A stretch of 30,090 bases of DNA. Source: Vermamoeba vermiformis (lineage: Eukaryota). Shown here piece after piece: positions 12,429-24,144 of this stretch. Under the pieces are notes generated by a model that ran no database searches, was not told the origin of the DNA, and was given only the letters and a program-made list of their open reading frames with translations. The DNA is taken from contig JBEWZL010000163.1 of NCBI GenBank assembly GCA_045837725.1, positions 620,001-650,090 of the forward strand, written 5' to 3'. The position numbers and the translations under genes were made by a program. Position 1 is the stretch's first letter. Each line of letters starts with the position of its first letter.

Positions 12429-13525
12429 ATGGAGACTAACAACAAAAACTTTAATAAGACGGTGATATTTTTTGGTTGGCAAGGCAGCTTACCTCGCCAT
12501 AGAGCCAAATACCAACAGCTCTGGGAAGATCTCGGCTTCAATACAATCTCCTTAGGCTTTCGCTTCGACCATTTAGTAAATAAATATGCGGGTACGTTGT
12601 GGCGTTGTTTGAATTATCTGAGCCGTCAGCTTACGGAATTAATTTCATAAATCCGTAAAAAAATCTAATAATTTCCTGCTCTCCATTCGCAATCAACAAT
12701 TACCTTAAAATTCATTAGTCAAGGTAATCTCTCGAAAACTATGCGAAGTTCTTGTCAAGGAACAGCTCGATCGACAGCCATTGGTTAGTAAGTGTCTGAC
12801 TTTGTCCTTTAGTTGATTACTAACGAGATCAGTTCACATATGTAGCAACGGTGGCTTGCATAATTATTTTGGCTTCTTGGACGAAGTGAGAAATAATCAG
12901 GTACGATGTCATCACATTTTGCGATCGCGTGCACTTTCTGTCCCATCACGAGAATCTAATAAACTTTCAAGGAATATGTTCACATTGAGGCGAATTTAAA
13001 GGGCTACATATTCGATAGCGCTCCTGGACGACATGACATCCCTACTCTCGCTAAACTCACGGCAGTAAATTTTGGCAAAGTAAGCAAAATTAAATCCGCG
13101 AACGCCGGTTAATTTCTCGTAGATACTAGGTTATGTGGCATTCATATTAGGTTATTTTTATATGATTCTTGCAAAGATCATGGGTGTCGTTTTGAGATCA
13201 TTTTGGCTAAGCGACTATGAAAGATACGTTGATCATCGTTTTCGACAATATGTAAGCGAACATGTGTATCAACGGTCATGTGCGCTAAATGTCATTTTTT
13301 TTTAAGGTTGGCAAGAAGCATCCCGTGCTATTCTTGTACAGCAAGGCAGATCCGTTGATTCAGCACGATTATATTGACGATTTAATCATCAGAATGAAAT
13401 CAGACGGTTGTAACATATCTAGCCTTCGTTGGGAAGACACGCCGCACGTTGGCCATTACCAAAAAAAGCCAGAAGAGTACAAAGCTAAGATCCAAGAGTT
13501 TGTGACCGCATTACGGCTTGAATAG
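12429..13525 (+). CDS. TMEM53/DUF829-family alpha/beta-hydrolase-fold protein (multi-exon)
   Basis: VIFFGWQG...AKYQQLW, HICSNGG, GYIFDSAPG, PVLFLYSKADPLI and WEDTPHVGHYQKKPEEY. Confidence 0.88.
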
Positions 13526-13699
13526 AGCTCATAGAGCAATAAAAACACCGTTATTCTTAAAAAAATAGCAACTCTAATTTTAACACGTGTAGCAAAGTGA
13601 CCACAACATCACGTGCTGACAATCGAGAAAACAAAAGCAGAAAAAAATCAGACACCGCTATTTTGTTGTTCACATTACCATATCTACACCACTAACGAC

Positions 13700-16202
13700 A
13701 TGTCGGAAGAGCATAACAACAATAACGAGGCTAAGCAAGGTGAGTTTTTTCGGTTTCCCTGCAAGTGGACGTTCGGTCTCATCTGTTCGTTTACATTGCG
13801 ATCAACGATCCGTGTTCCCCGAAATTTATCGTTATAGTTTAGCTTCTCTATTATTTGATCTTAATTTGCACAATATAATAACATTTTTTTCTCTAGCCGA
13901 AGAGCCACTCGTCGATGAGGAATCTGAAGAGGAAGAGATCGACCGTTCTGGCATGAAGGCCGATTTTGAAGGCTGGCTCGAGAAGAAGGGTGACAAGGGT
14001 CCTATCAAGTTGTTCGCCAAGCGTTACTTCAGACTCTACAAAAACGAGAATCTCCTCTGCTATTTCAAAACTGATAAGAACTTCAAGCAGTTGGGTGCCA
14101 TCGGCTTGACTGGTATTCTCCTCTGCGAGAAGACTAAGGAGAAGACTGGTTTCAACATTGTTATGAAGGTACGGCTTTAACGATCCTGATCCTGCGTTCA
14201 AGGAATCCCTAACCATTCCAAATTTAGACTAGCGCCCGTGTTTACCGTCTTCAAGCTAAGGATGATGCCACTAGAACAGCATGGATGGACAAGATTCAAC
14301 CGTTCATCAAGTCATACAGCGCTCCTCCTCAATTGGGCAAAGGTACGAAAGTCGGATTACGTTGTGGAGGACCTCCAAAATTAACAAAAAATTTATTATT
14401 CAGCTCGCAAAAAGAAGTCTGCCGCTCTCTACCCAATCCGCTTCGTCCAATATTTCACCGAAATTGAGGGCTCGAAATCCATTCGCTATTCTCCTCACGA
14501 CATTTCCCAAGGTGCTTCTTGGGTAAGTTCTAGTGAAAATAAGATGATCAATGATATAGTTGATCTAATGATCATTATCAGACCCCTGAAGAAGGTCAAA
14601 ACTTCCTTTACTTGAATGGCAACAGTTTGGCTACCGTCCACGAAGTCCGCAAGATCTCTTTGGACGGCGAGAAGAGCGTCTGGATCGAGAACTTGCCCAA
14701 GACTTTGAAGGATACTCAAGATTCTATTACTGCTCACTCCTTGACTGATGCTCATACTTACACCGTCCACCAAACGTGAGTCCTCAAACACGCAGAAAAT
14801 TCAACCGAATATTTAATTTAATTGGTTTTATTAGTTTCTACAAGGACGACAAGGTTGAATCTGAGTTGTTGAAGAAATTGGTCGGCAAAACTATTTCTGT
14901 TTCAGTTCCTCGTCGCGATGCTTTCCCCGAGCCCGCCACCTTCAAGGGTGAATTGATTTACGATCTCCACGAGAACCGTTACGCTCTCTACGACAAGGCC
15001 GGCGACAACAGCGTTCACTTCATCAACATTGGCGAGCCCATCTCTTACCACTTGCACGAGAACAACAAGGCTGAGCCTATTTTGTTGAACAAGGCTCAAA
15101 AGCAGACTTTGTTCTACGAACCTAGCTTGCACTTGAAGATGGAGACTGCCAACCCTGATCACCTCCTCGAGTTGTCTTACAGTACGTATTACCACGAGCC
15201 TTTAACGCCTTTACTAATCACCCCGTAGACATCAAGGACTCTTTCGAGTGGCACGTTGCTTACAACGCTGTCTTGAACAACACCGAGAACACCATGGAGT
15301 TGGTCGGTTACGTTGACATTAAGAACAAGACTGGCAAGCACTACGAGAATGCTCAAATCATGCTCATTTCCAACCCTGCTACCGCTGGCAAGAAGGAAGA
15401 GACTGAAAAGGAGCAATCCCTCACCGACAAGGCCAAGGATGCTGGCAAGGACGCCGGTGAAAAGAAGGCCAAGGGCATGATGGGCGGTCTCGGTGGCGCT
15501 TTATCGCTTTTGGGCGGTGGTGCTGAAGAGGCTCCTGAACCTCCCAGACCTAAGGTCTACACTTACCACGTTCCTCAAGCGGTCACTTTGATCGACGATC
15601 ACCGCAAGCAAGTCAAGTACATCCAATCCAACAAGGTCGCTATTACCAGCTACGACTTGGTTAGATTCGACACTCCTGACTATGCCATCAAGCCCAAGAT
15701 CGGCAAGGACGACGGTGCCAACGTCAAGGGCAACGTCGATACTGTCATTGAGTTCCTCAACACTCAAGAGAACGGTCTTGGTTTGCCTCTTCCTGGCGGT
15801 TCATTCAACGTTGTTCGCCGTGAGAAGTCTGGCTTTGGTGTCCAGCAACTCGCTCAAGCTTCAATTGGCCACTACGAGCCTAACTACATTGTCACTGTTC
15901 CCCTCGAGTCTCTTGAACACGTCAAGGCCACTCGTAAACAGACTGGTTTCAACTTGGACAAGGAGAAGTTCTACATGGTCGAGACTTTTGACATCACCAT
16001 CGTGAACGGTCGTATGGTGCCTGTTGACCTCGTTGTTGAAGAGTCCATGTACCGCTGGCAGACATATGAGATCACTCAAACCAACATTCCTCTCGTTCCT
16101 CACCAACACCCGCGCAAGGTTAGCTGGAGAGTGCACTTGGATGCCTATGAAGACGTGACTATTTCCTACACTGTCTTCTACAACCAATTCTACGTCGATT
16201 AA
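13700..16202 (+). CDS. PH domain fused to DUF4139-like domain (multi-exon, strong codon bias)
   Basis: PH domain: FEGWLEKKGDKGPIKLFAKRYFRL...RVYRLQAKDDATRTAWMDKI. DUF4139-like part: FEWHVAYNAVL...GYVDIKNKTGKHYENAQIMLIS, YTYHVPQAVTL, NGLGLPLPGG, VVEESMYRW. Confidence 0.8.
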
Positions 16203-16438
16203 ATTCGCACGTTGGCGCAGCTAAGTGATAATTAGCATATGCTCAGCGCTACTAGTATATAAATATTGTAACACATAATAAAAATTAAATTCGAACACAA
16301 ATTGGTGCAAGGTTTATTAATGCACTCGGAGAATCGGATTGGACTTCAATGTCCATAGCTTCCACGTTGTCTTTCTCGTTGACTTGTGTGTTGGTGCGAA
16401 GGCGCATCACTATTGTTACTAATCATGATTTGTCTTTT

Positions 16439-17019
16439 CTAGTTTTCGGCATCCGGTTGAAGCACTATTTGGAGGTGGTTTAACTTCCTAACTAATCCTG
16501 AGGGATTATTTAGCGTATGGACATAGCCTCCATCCGGTTTAGAATACGAAAGAAGCCCGCCATCATCGCTGAACTTGATCTGTTATGGAAAATCGTAAGA
16601 AAGTTTCGCGAGAAGCTAGCTGAGTTCCGGCGTACCACGTAGACTTTATCTTTAGCGACTGGAGTAGTATATGAATTAATCTATGGCAGCAAATGGTCAA
16701 TCTAACGTGTAAAACTTCGACTCGAATACAAAATTGACTCACCTGAAGATCTGGCCTTTCTAAAAATTCCTGTGGCGTCAAAGAATTTTTGCTACTATCC
16801 TTCTTACGCAGTACGTATCTACGAACGACAATTATGAATATTGGTGACGTGTGGATGCGATCCAAGGAGAAACTGACTTTCTCAACGGATAATAGCGGTA
16901 ATTATAATTTATTTATTTAATTTTTAAAAATATTTGTGGTATCAAACTTACCTTCCTGGACAATTTGGAATTTCTTTCCAACCGTATTTATTCAATAGTC
17001 CGTTAAAACTTAACTCCAT
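16439..17019 (-). CDS. Small conserved-looking hypothetical protein (about 110 aa, 4 exons) with WxxIPNCPGRY and GGLLSY...YVHTLN motifs
   Basis: Canonical splicing gives MELSFNGLLNKYGWKEIPNCPGRYVLRKKDSSKNSLTPQEFLERPDLQINSYTTPVAKDKVYVIKFSDDGGLLSYSKPDGGYVHTLNNPSGLVRKLNHLQIVLQPDAEN*. The ORF track shows only one exon of it. Confidence 0.8.
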
Positions 17020-17306
17020 TGCGATTCCAAGCGCCAATTAATCGAATATAGCAAATGTGATAATGCTTACTATTTGTTTTTGTTGTGTTTGCGCTTGTTG
17101 GTTTAAATGCAAATTCGTAATTCAATTTTACGTAAGTTTGACACAGACACACATCTTGTCTACTGCCCAATACTTAATATTACTGATTACCTCTTTGCTA
17201 GCACTTCAACAATACTCGAGTAATGTTGAAAAAGAAAGACATTTGTCAACCAAGTTGTTCTTTATTTACACTATTAAACACGATGCACGAGCGACCACTC
17301 ACTGCC

Positions 17307-18256
17307 TCAATTAAGTATCGTCAATCTACTCAGCATTTCCTCTAAATAAATGAACGGTTAGAATATGATAATACGATAGTTATAGTACGCGGTTAAAGGT
17401 ACCTTTTTGAATGAAGCCGTTCTCGTAGAGTTCTTTCAGTTTGTTCCTATCATCCTCCGTTATGCTACTAGGCACATTGTATGGCGATGATACGCGCGCA
17501 GGTACTGCTCGAATGTCTTCAAACCTGAAAATCAGGGGTCAGATCCATTGGTCAAAACGATGTCACTTTTGACGACACGCTTCTTAACATTATTAACCAT
17601 ACCTTCCACTTCGAGTATACCAGTCGTATTTCTGCGACTGCTGTTGTAGCGAGTAAGACAAGCTGATCTCGTTTGAAATGACGGTAGCAACGGATGTGAT
17701 ATTCTCAGGGCTGATTCTCGCAGCGTTTTGAGAGCTGTATTGCTGTTGAATATTGCTCCAATAAGACGAAGCGTCACTTGGAGGAGCTAATTGCGCAGCG
17801 TGTGACGAGGTCTTTGGGCGAGATGTGATTTTGTAAATTAACGCATTGTCCGACGATATTCTTCCATAAATCGACTTATTCGTGCACGCAAACGAAGCAA
17901 GCGAATCAGCATCAAGATAATTGACTACAAGGTGGAAGAACTAGCATACGATTATTTTAGATCCGTTTGCCAACGATTTAAAAAATTGTAAACCGGAAAT
18001 TCTACTTACTTTACTATCGCCAAATTGATCCTTAAATGTATTATAAATTTCTGCTGGATTTGTTCGAGGGATGTCCTCAGTTCCGAGCTGACGTCGCACC
18101 GAACGACCAGAGAAAGCTAAAATTAAATAAATATTACTGTTATTACGTAATATAGACAAAGGTGCATAGACTATGAATAAATTCGTCGAGGCTTTGCAAA
18201 AGTGAAAGCCTTCGTCGTTCCAAGCTCGGATGCACCTCGTACTTACCATTACCCAT
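17307..18256 (-). CDS. Putative N-myristoylated protein with F-box-like motif and C-terminal SHOCT-like motif (5 exons)
   Basis: A 10-nt first coding exon ATGGGTAATG|GTAAGT joins to give MGNAFSGR. Then FFHLVVNYLDADSLASFACTNKSIY (F-box-like), and the protein ends KLKELYENGFIQKEEMLSRLTILN* (SHOCT-like). All splice phases are compatible. Confidence 0.65.
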
Positions 18257-18929
18257 CCTAGTTGTTGCCTTATTGCAAGTTGATTTATTAACAATGATTT
18301 TTTAGGCTGTTTTTGACGTCAAGACAATTACGCGTCTTCTGATATTCTGGCTGCTCCTGTTCCCATAACATTTTCCAATTTGCGCAAATCTTACGTTTCC
18401 TTCCTCGTCTCGTTTGCTATTCTATTTACGAAATTGTGCGGGAATACAGAGGTCTTCCACGCTCATCCTCATCCGCATCTTCAACAATTCTTATTGCCGC
18501 AAAACTTAAGGTCGCATTATAACAGCAATAATTTTAATAATACTCAACACGTAAATTGGTTGCTTTTGTGTATTTTTAAAAGATTCTGTTGTCAAAAAAT
18601 CTCTCGATCCAACCTTCACTAAATTATCTAGAAACGATAAATTATTTGCGCGCAGCTTGCCCTGTACCGTTGCAAGTACTTGCTCAGCAAGTCGGGCAGT
18701 AAAAAGAAGAGAGCGATCCTGCGTGCAATAAGTATGCTAGGCTAGCAACGCAGGTTAAGCTTAGCTTGTTCTATTATTAAATGGTGCTCATGTTAATGGT
18801 GCTACAGCGGAATAACAATGGTGATTTGTTATTTCGCCTGTTTTGCCCGGGCAAAACACCCATAACGAAAAAAAGTTGCGTCAAAAATTTTGTGTTATTC
18901 TTCTCTCGCTTCAATCTTGCAGAATAGAA

Positions 18930-20051
18930 TAGGCTTATTATGAAACGGCAACGAAGATAGTACGACCAGCCGTGTTTGTGGGCAGCCATTTCGAAGCATC
19001 TGCACCAACTCACAAATATTAATTTTATCCTCGGGCAACGTGCTCCGAACAGGCATTTAATATTATTTTGCCAAGAAATGCCAGACCACATCACCACAAT
19101 GCAGCGTGGGCAATAACAAATCAAATCAGACCAGCTGTGGACAACCTGCACCGTGCCCGTGACAAATCTATTGACAACCCAACGTGTTCAATGCCTGGAA
19201 GCAGATACTTTTACTCAGCAACGTACTATATAGCTTCGAAGGAAGAATATGGAGCAAAAGTTTGTTAATCCAAGCCCAGCCCAAACGCATCTACTTCAAG
19301 TTTGGATCAGATGGCGGTTTTAACCAGCTCCGTAGTTCCAACTAACTTCAAAGTACCCGCACCACAATAGCGAATGAACATAGCAAGTTTTACGACAGAA
19401 GCAGTTGAACTGATAATCCATCCAATATCAAAACTTACGCACGTGCCATAAACTCATCTCGTCTTAGTTACGCCATCCCTGCGTGCCTGACAGAAATAGA
19501 GTGGTCAATAAGACGTGCTATCACTACTATTTGATTAGATAGTACGCATAGGTTATTGAAATATCAGCCAATTGGAAGAGAGGATTTTTTTTGTAGATCA
19601 AAAATATTCATTCATTGGCGTTCCTGAAGACGAACACACGAGCAATAACGTTAGGCAAGATATTTTATATGGAGCCTAACGTTAATCGTAAGTACTTAAG
19701 CCATTTAAAGGCCATAGAGATATTTATTTATTGATTAAATTTGTTTTTTTAGATGTGTTTCCCTTCGCACCATGGTTGCTCCTACTTGTTATCCAAATAA
19801 TCAAATTTATGCCACTACACCAGAAAATGCTACAGTTTCGTCATTATTTCGCCGTTCCTCGTGCTCACGAAGCAGCTGAACAGCTAAGCCTCGATCTACT
19901 TGAAAACTTTTACCCTCTAACAATCCTGGATTGGCGCGAAATTGAAAAGTACGGCAGTTGGCACTTTCTGAAGACAAGAGCTCTTGAAATGGGATGGACA
20001 CTGGACGAGGAGTCGAACAATGATTGCTATTTGCTCTCTTTCTTGCATTAA
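18930..20051 (+). pseudogene. Possible decayed gene fragments
   Basis: One frame reads protein-like (AYYETATKIVRPAVFVGSHF...FYPRATCSEQAFNIILP) but has scattered TAA/TAG stops, followed by an exon-like ORF at 19731-20051. No family recognised. Confidence 0.3.
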
Positions 20052-20764
20052 TAAATTACTAATTTATTAATATTATGTTATTATAGGCATACGCCATATA
20101 TGGATAGGAATCATTAATATAATAGTTACGCTAATCACGAAATTATTCAAATTTGATAATTTTTACTGCCAAGGCTTCCCTGAATATGAGTACCGCGTTA
20201 TACTTCCGCACTAGCGTTATTTATTAGGGTACGTAAGTATATTAACGTTTAAAGCAACGAGTATATTCGTCTAGACCAAAACGCTGTCACGATCGAACCT
20301 AATTTTCCTAATCAGAAGCAAGCTTAAATTGGTGCGCCTCGTGGGGTACGGGCAACGTATTGCTACGGTTTTTTCGATACGAAGGCTATAATAGCTCCTG
20401 TATTGGGGTTCATTGAATTGAAGATTTTCTCTGGATAAGATCCCACGGTTTAAGACAATTTTTCAACCTTAGATGTTCGGTTGCGCTAATAATGGCTTGT
20501 ACTAGCTTTCGTACCGGTTTGCGTACGTCTAATTTGAATAGAAGACCAAAAATAGTAAAAGCATTGCGATCTGAAAATAGAAGCATTTTTTTAAAAATTG
20601 GAACGGTTAGTTTCGGGTTTTTGACATCGTAGAAAGATGATTTATCGTCCCTAATATGTAGCAAAAATTGTCGTTCGTAAATTGAACGTCACTTATTATT
20701 TGACAGGTCCCTCCCAATTTTAATGACCGTTTTTTTTTTGACTGAACAACACAGACGAAACTAT

Positions 20765-22308
20765 ATGGTAGAGAATAGTAAAATAGACGGAATTAAGAGT
20801 GACATAGGCATAGCAGAGAACGCAGCGTCAACGAAACGCAAAATCGACGAGATCTTGCAATCCGACGACAACGAGGAGTAAGTTTACTTCGATTTTACGA
20901 AATATTAATTTATATAGAATTATTATAATATTATTATTCTAACCCTTTAGAGAAACTCTTATTTCCGTGAAAATAAAATTCTTATAAGCTTCTTTCCAGG
21001 CAAAATCCATCGAAACGCGCGAAAGTGGAATATAATAATAATAATGAAGTTTGGGCTCCGCATTATGGGCTTTATCCGCCGAATGCAATAGACGGATCGC
21101 ATCTCGATCTCTCCGACGAATATTCCCTTCCGTCCAATGCAAATAGCAATGTTGAAATGGAGCACGTTCAAAATAGCAACGAATCATATATTATTTCAAG
21201 CAACGAGATGACGATCCGGTTCATTAGCGTCAAAAAACTCGGATCCAAACTCAAAAACCACGCGCTGTACAAGAAAGTAATGCATATAGGAGAACATTTA
21301 AACGACGGTCAAATATTAAAATCCAGAACGGCTTATTGGCTATTGGTCGATTCTCCATGCGGCCTTGGATTACGCGCCCTAGGAAATTCGTTAACAGGAC
21401 TTAAAGCGAACAAAGAGTGGCTGGTATTACAAATCAAAGAACGATTAGACATTGAAAATGCATCCCTGTTTCAAATATATGCCCCAAAGCAAGCTGGATA
21501 TCATGAATTGACGTTTTCGGACGGCATCCGAAGGACGATCAGAATTGTTCAAGTTGTGACGGACTCGCATAGCGATGGAACGTAAGTTACTAGCATAACC
21601 TTAATCATATTTAAATAATTAAATACGTTGCGTTCTGATTGTTGAACTTTTTTAACCAGGGATCCGACGGAGCAGGCAACGAACGAAACAGAACAATCAA
21701 ATAATGATAACGCAGCGCCATCGAACTCATTCGACATTAACGCAATCGTACTGTTATTTAATGAAGGTCAATTGCGGATACTACAAGAAGTTTTGAGGCG
21801 ATTAAAGTTCAGTCCAGAAATCGAGTCGCGAAATCTCCAATTGTGGCGACGACACAGCGTGCGCACATCAAGCATATTAATTTACAAGAATTTCAGCGTG
21901 CAGTATTTGCTCAATTTCAGAGAATATTTGACGCTAGCCGATGGCGTGCTGCTATTACTGCCTCCTCAAAGTGAAAAAGATTACGAGCTGTCAGAGATTG
22001 GTGACATCAAGTTATCGTGTGCGACATTTGATTCGCACGAAACTGCGCTATTTTTAGACCAATCGATGGATGTGCAGTACGCACTCGCTGCCAGCAAAAG
22101 TGAGCGCGAACATCACAGCTTGTTAACGATAAGTGCTGTACATAGTGGTGGAGCGAATTCGATAGCATATTTGGAGAAATATTTGAGTGCCTGGCTAGCC
22201 ATCAACTTGAGACCAAAAGTCGTGCAAAGACTGAACTTGTATCAATGTTTCCACTTTGAAGAGGAAGTCAATCCAATTGTAGATTTACCATTTGTTGTAC
22301 ATGGCTAA
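20765..22308 (+). CDS. Hypothetical protein (3 exons, basic NLS-like N-terminus)
   Basis: ATG at 20765 (MVENSKIDG...TKRKIDEIL) splices in frame to ORF 21025-21585 and then to 21772-22308 via GTAAGT...CAG introns. No family recognised. Confidence 0.65.
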
Positions 22309-22422
22309 TAAATAGGTCTGAATAATGATGGCCTTAACCTCTTTATCAGTCAAAAGGTCGTAGGCATTAGAGATTCATTTAAGTAGTATTTTATTCGCAA
22401 TGATAATTGAAAGCATGAGTCT

Positions 22423-23759
22423 CTATGAATCAGGAGTTGATTCATTCAGAGCACTAATGACTGGAGCAAATCCATAGAAGGCAAGGTACAATGGAGACAC
22501 TACTGCATTGGCTGGAATGGTGCACAATCTGGCTTTTCTGTTCTCAACATCAGCTTGGCTAAGTCCTTTGGCACTGCCAAGTGTATCCATGCAAGTCTTA
22601 ACCTAAATAGAGTTAGTTAATGTAAACCAACAAAGTTTTCACTCACATCAACAACAGAAACTGCTATTGGTGCCAGAGTTGCATAATAAAAATTTGGGTT
22701 TTCCAAAGTGGCCAGGGCAATTCTGGCTATTGCTTCAGGATTTGGCTGCAAATGGTTAGAAATTTGTGAACAGCTGCAAATATTACCATAGGCTGGTACT
22801 GTGTTGCTTGTAGCCCCAAGAATATTTGTCTTCCATCAGTTGTGGTTAGGGGTACAACAACATTGGCAAATTCAGAGTTTGTTACATCAACTGTCACTAC
22901 TTGGGCTTCATGTATTTTGTTTAAAAGATCAGCGGACTGATCTGAAATTCTTCTGGAGAGTTGTACAACTCCTTTCCAAGCAGCCTACACAAGTTCTTAA
23001 TGACAGGGTATTGAATTATTTAGGCATACCTTCGCTGTTTTAATGCCTTCGATATTTAAGACTGGAGTGTCCATTTCCAGAATAGACTGCAGTTCAATTT
23101 GACTCAGTTTTGTTTCCAACTGTTGTACTGTCTGTTGCACGTACAAACTTATTGCTGTAGCTTTCTCAAAAAGTGAGCCCTTCATTGAATTGTCAAAGTT
23201 GAGCTGCTTGGCCATATCAGGGTGAAGAATTAGAGAGCCAAGGGTCATTTCCAAGCATTTCCAGTCTTCTGTTGATCCAATTTTGTTCTTTACAACTGTC
23301 AAAGGCTTCATGAGGATGTCATCGAGCAAGAAGAATGGTCGTGTGTAGTGCTTCTTAGTTTCGCTTATTTTGAGCCAATGAACCAAGTATCCACATTCTT
23401 CTAAGTCAGCTGGGCAATAGCTAATACCTTCACTTGCCACATCAGTTTGTTGGGTAAGACACAAAGCAGCTTTGATGTCTAGCAACTCAAGTCTATCTGC
23501 AGTAGGTTGTGGCACATTTGCAGGCCAGTGAGAAAAGTCCTCACCATAAGTTTCCCAAATTTTGTCTCTCACTTTGGTCTCAATCTCCAGTAATAAATTG
23601 ATGGCCTGTTCTGGGTCAGTACCCCACAATAAGGTTTCTGCTTGTGGAACTCTGTCATAAATCTCCTCCACCATGTATGAAATTGCTCTTGGGATGCCAA
23701 AAGTGCGAATGAAGGTATGTAACAACATTTCAGAAGTCTTTGGATGCAGTGTTGGTTTT
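22423..23759 (-). pseudogene. 5'-truncated Crinkler/RHS-like (NTPase + restriction-endonuclease-fold) gene, C-terminal four exons
   Basis: TFGIPRAI, GSLFEKAT, NSEFANVV...IFLGLQAT and terminal AFYG resemble CR-effector NTPase-REase C-termini. The first visible exon starts at a splice acceptor, and no upstream exon is seen before the transposon. Confidence 0.5.
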
Positions 23760-24027
23760 CTGACAAAAGTTAGCGTTCAGTCAGTAAGAGTGTAGTAATC
23801 TTGCTTGTGTTGGTTTCCAGTAGACACTTGTCGTGGAAGCACTTTCACTACCATAGTTGAGGTCGATTTCCACTACGAGATTGAAATCTCGATCTCGTCA
23901 AATCTCGCGAGACAGAGTCCTCTGTGAGATATCGTTTTGACTACATGCATTACCTCAGCGAGATCGGACCAGTGGGTGTGATGGTATTATTACGTGACAA
24001 TCAAGGATCTGCAATAATTTATCGAAA

Positions 24028-24061
24028 GGTATTGTAAAAACCCATTTGGGTGTATTTCATT
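24028..24061 (+). repeat. Inner part of left terminal inverted repeat
   Basis: GGTATTGTAAAAACCCATTTGGGTGTATTTCATT matches the reverse complement of the window end, GGTATTGTAAAAACCCAGTTGGGTATATTTCATT. Confidence 0.92.
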
Positions 24062-24144
24062 TATTCTTTGTGTGTAAAGTTTTCTTTTGCTTTTCTATTG
24101 TTCTTCAGTTTATTAGGCAGAATTAGCTAACACCAGAATAAATA

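Noticed and set aside
14495-16187. Several long antisense ORFs over the PH-DUF4139 gene
   Set aside because: Expected by-product of strong codon bias on the sense strand.
18840-19330. Possible second degenerate transposase (GQNTHNE and KFGSDGG look-alike motifs)
   Set aside because: Short chance-level matches in different frames with no supporting context.
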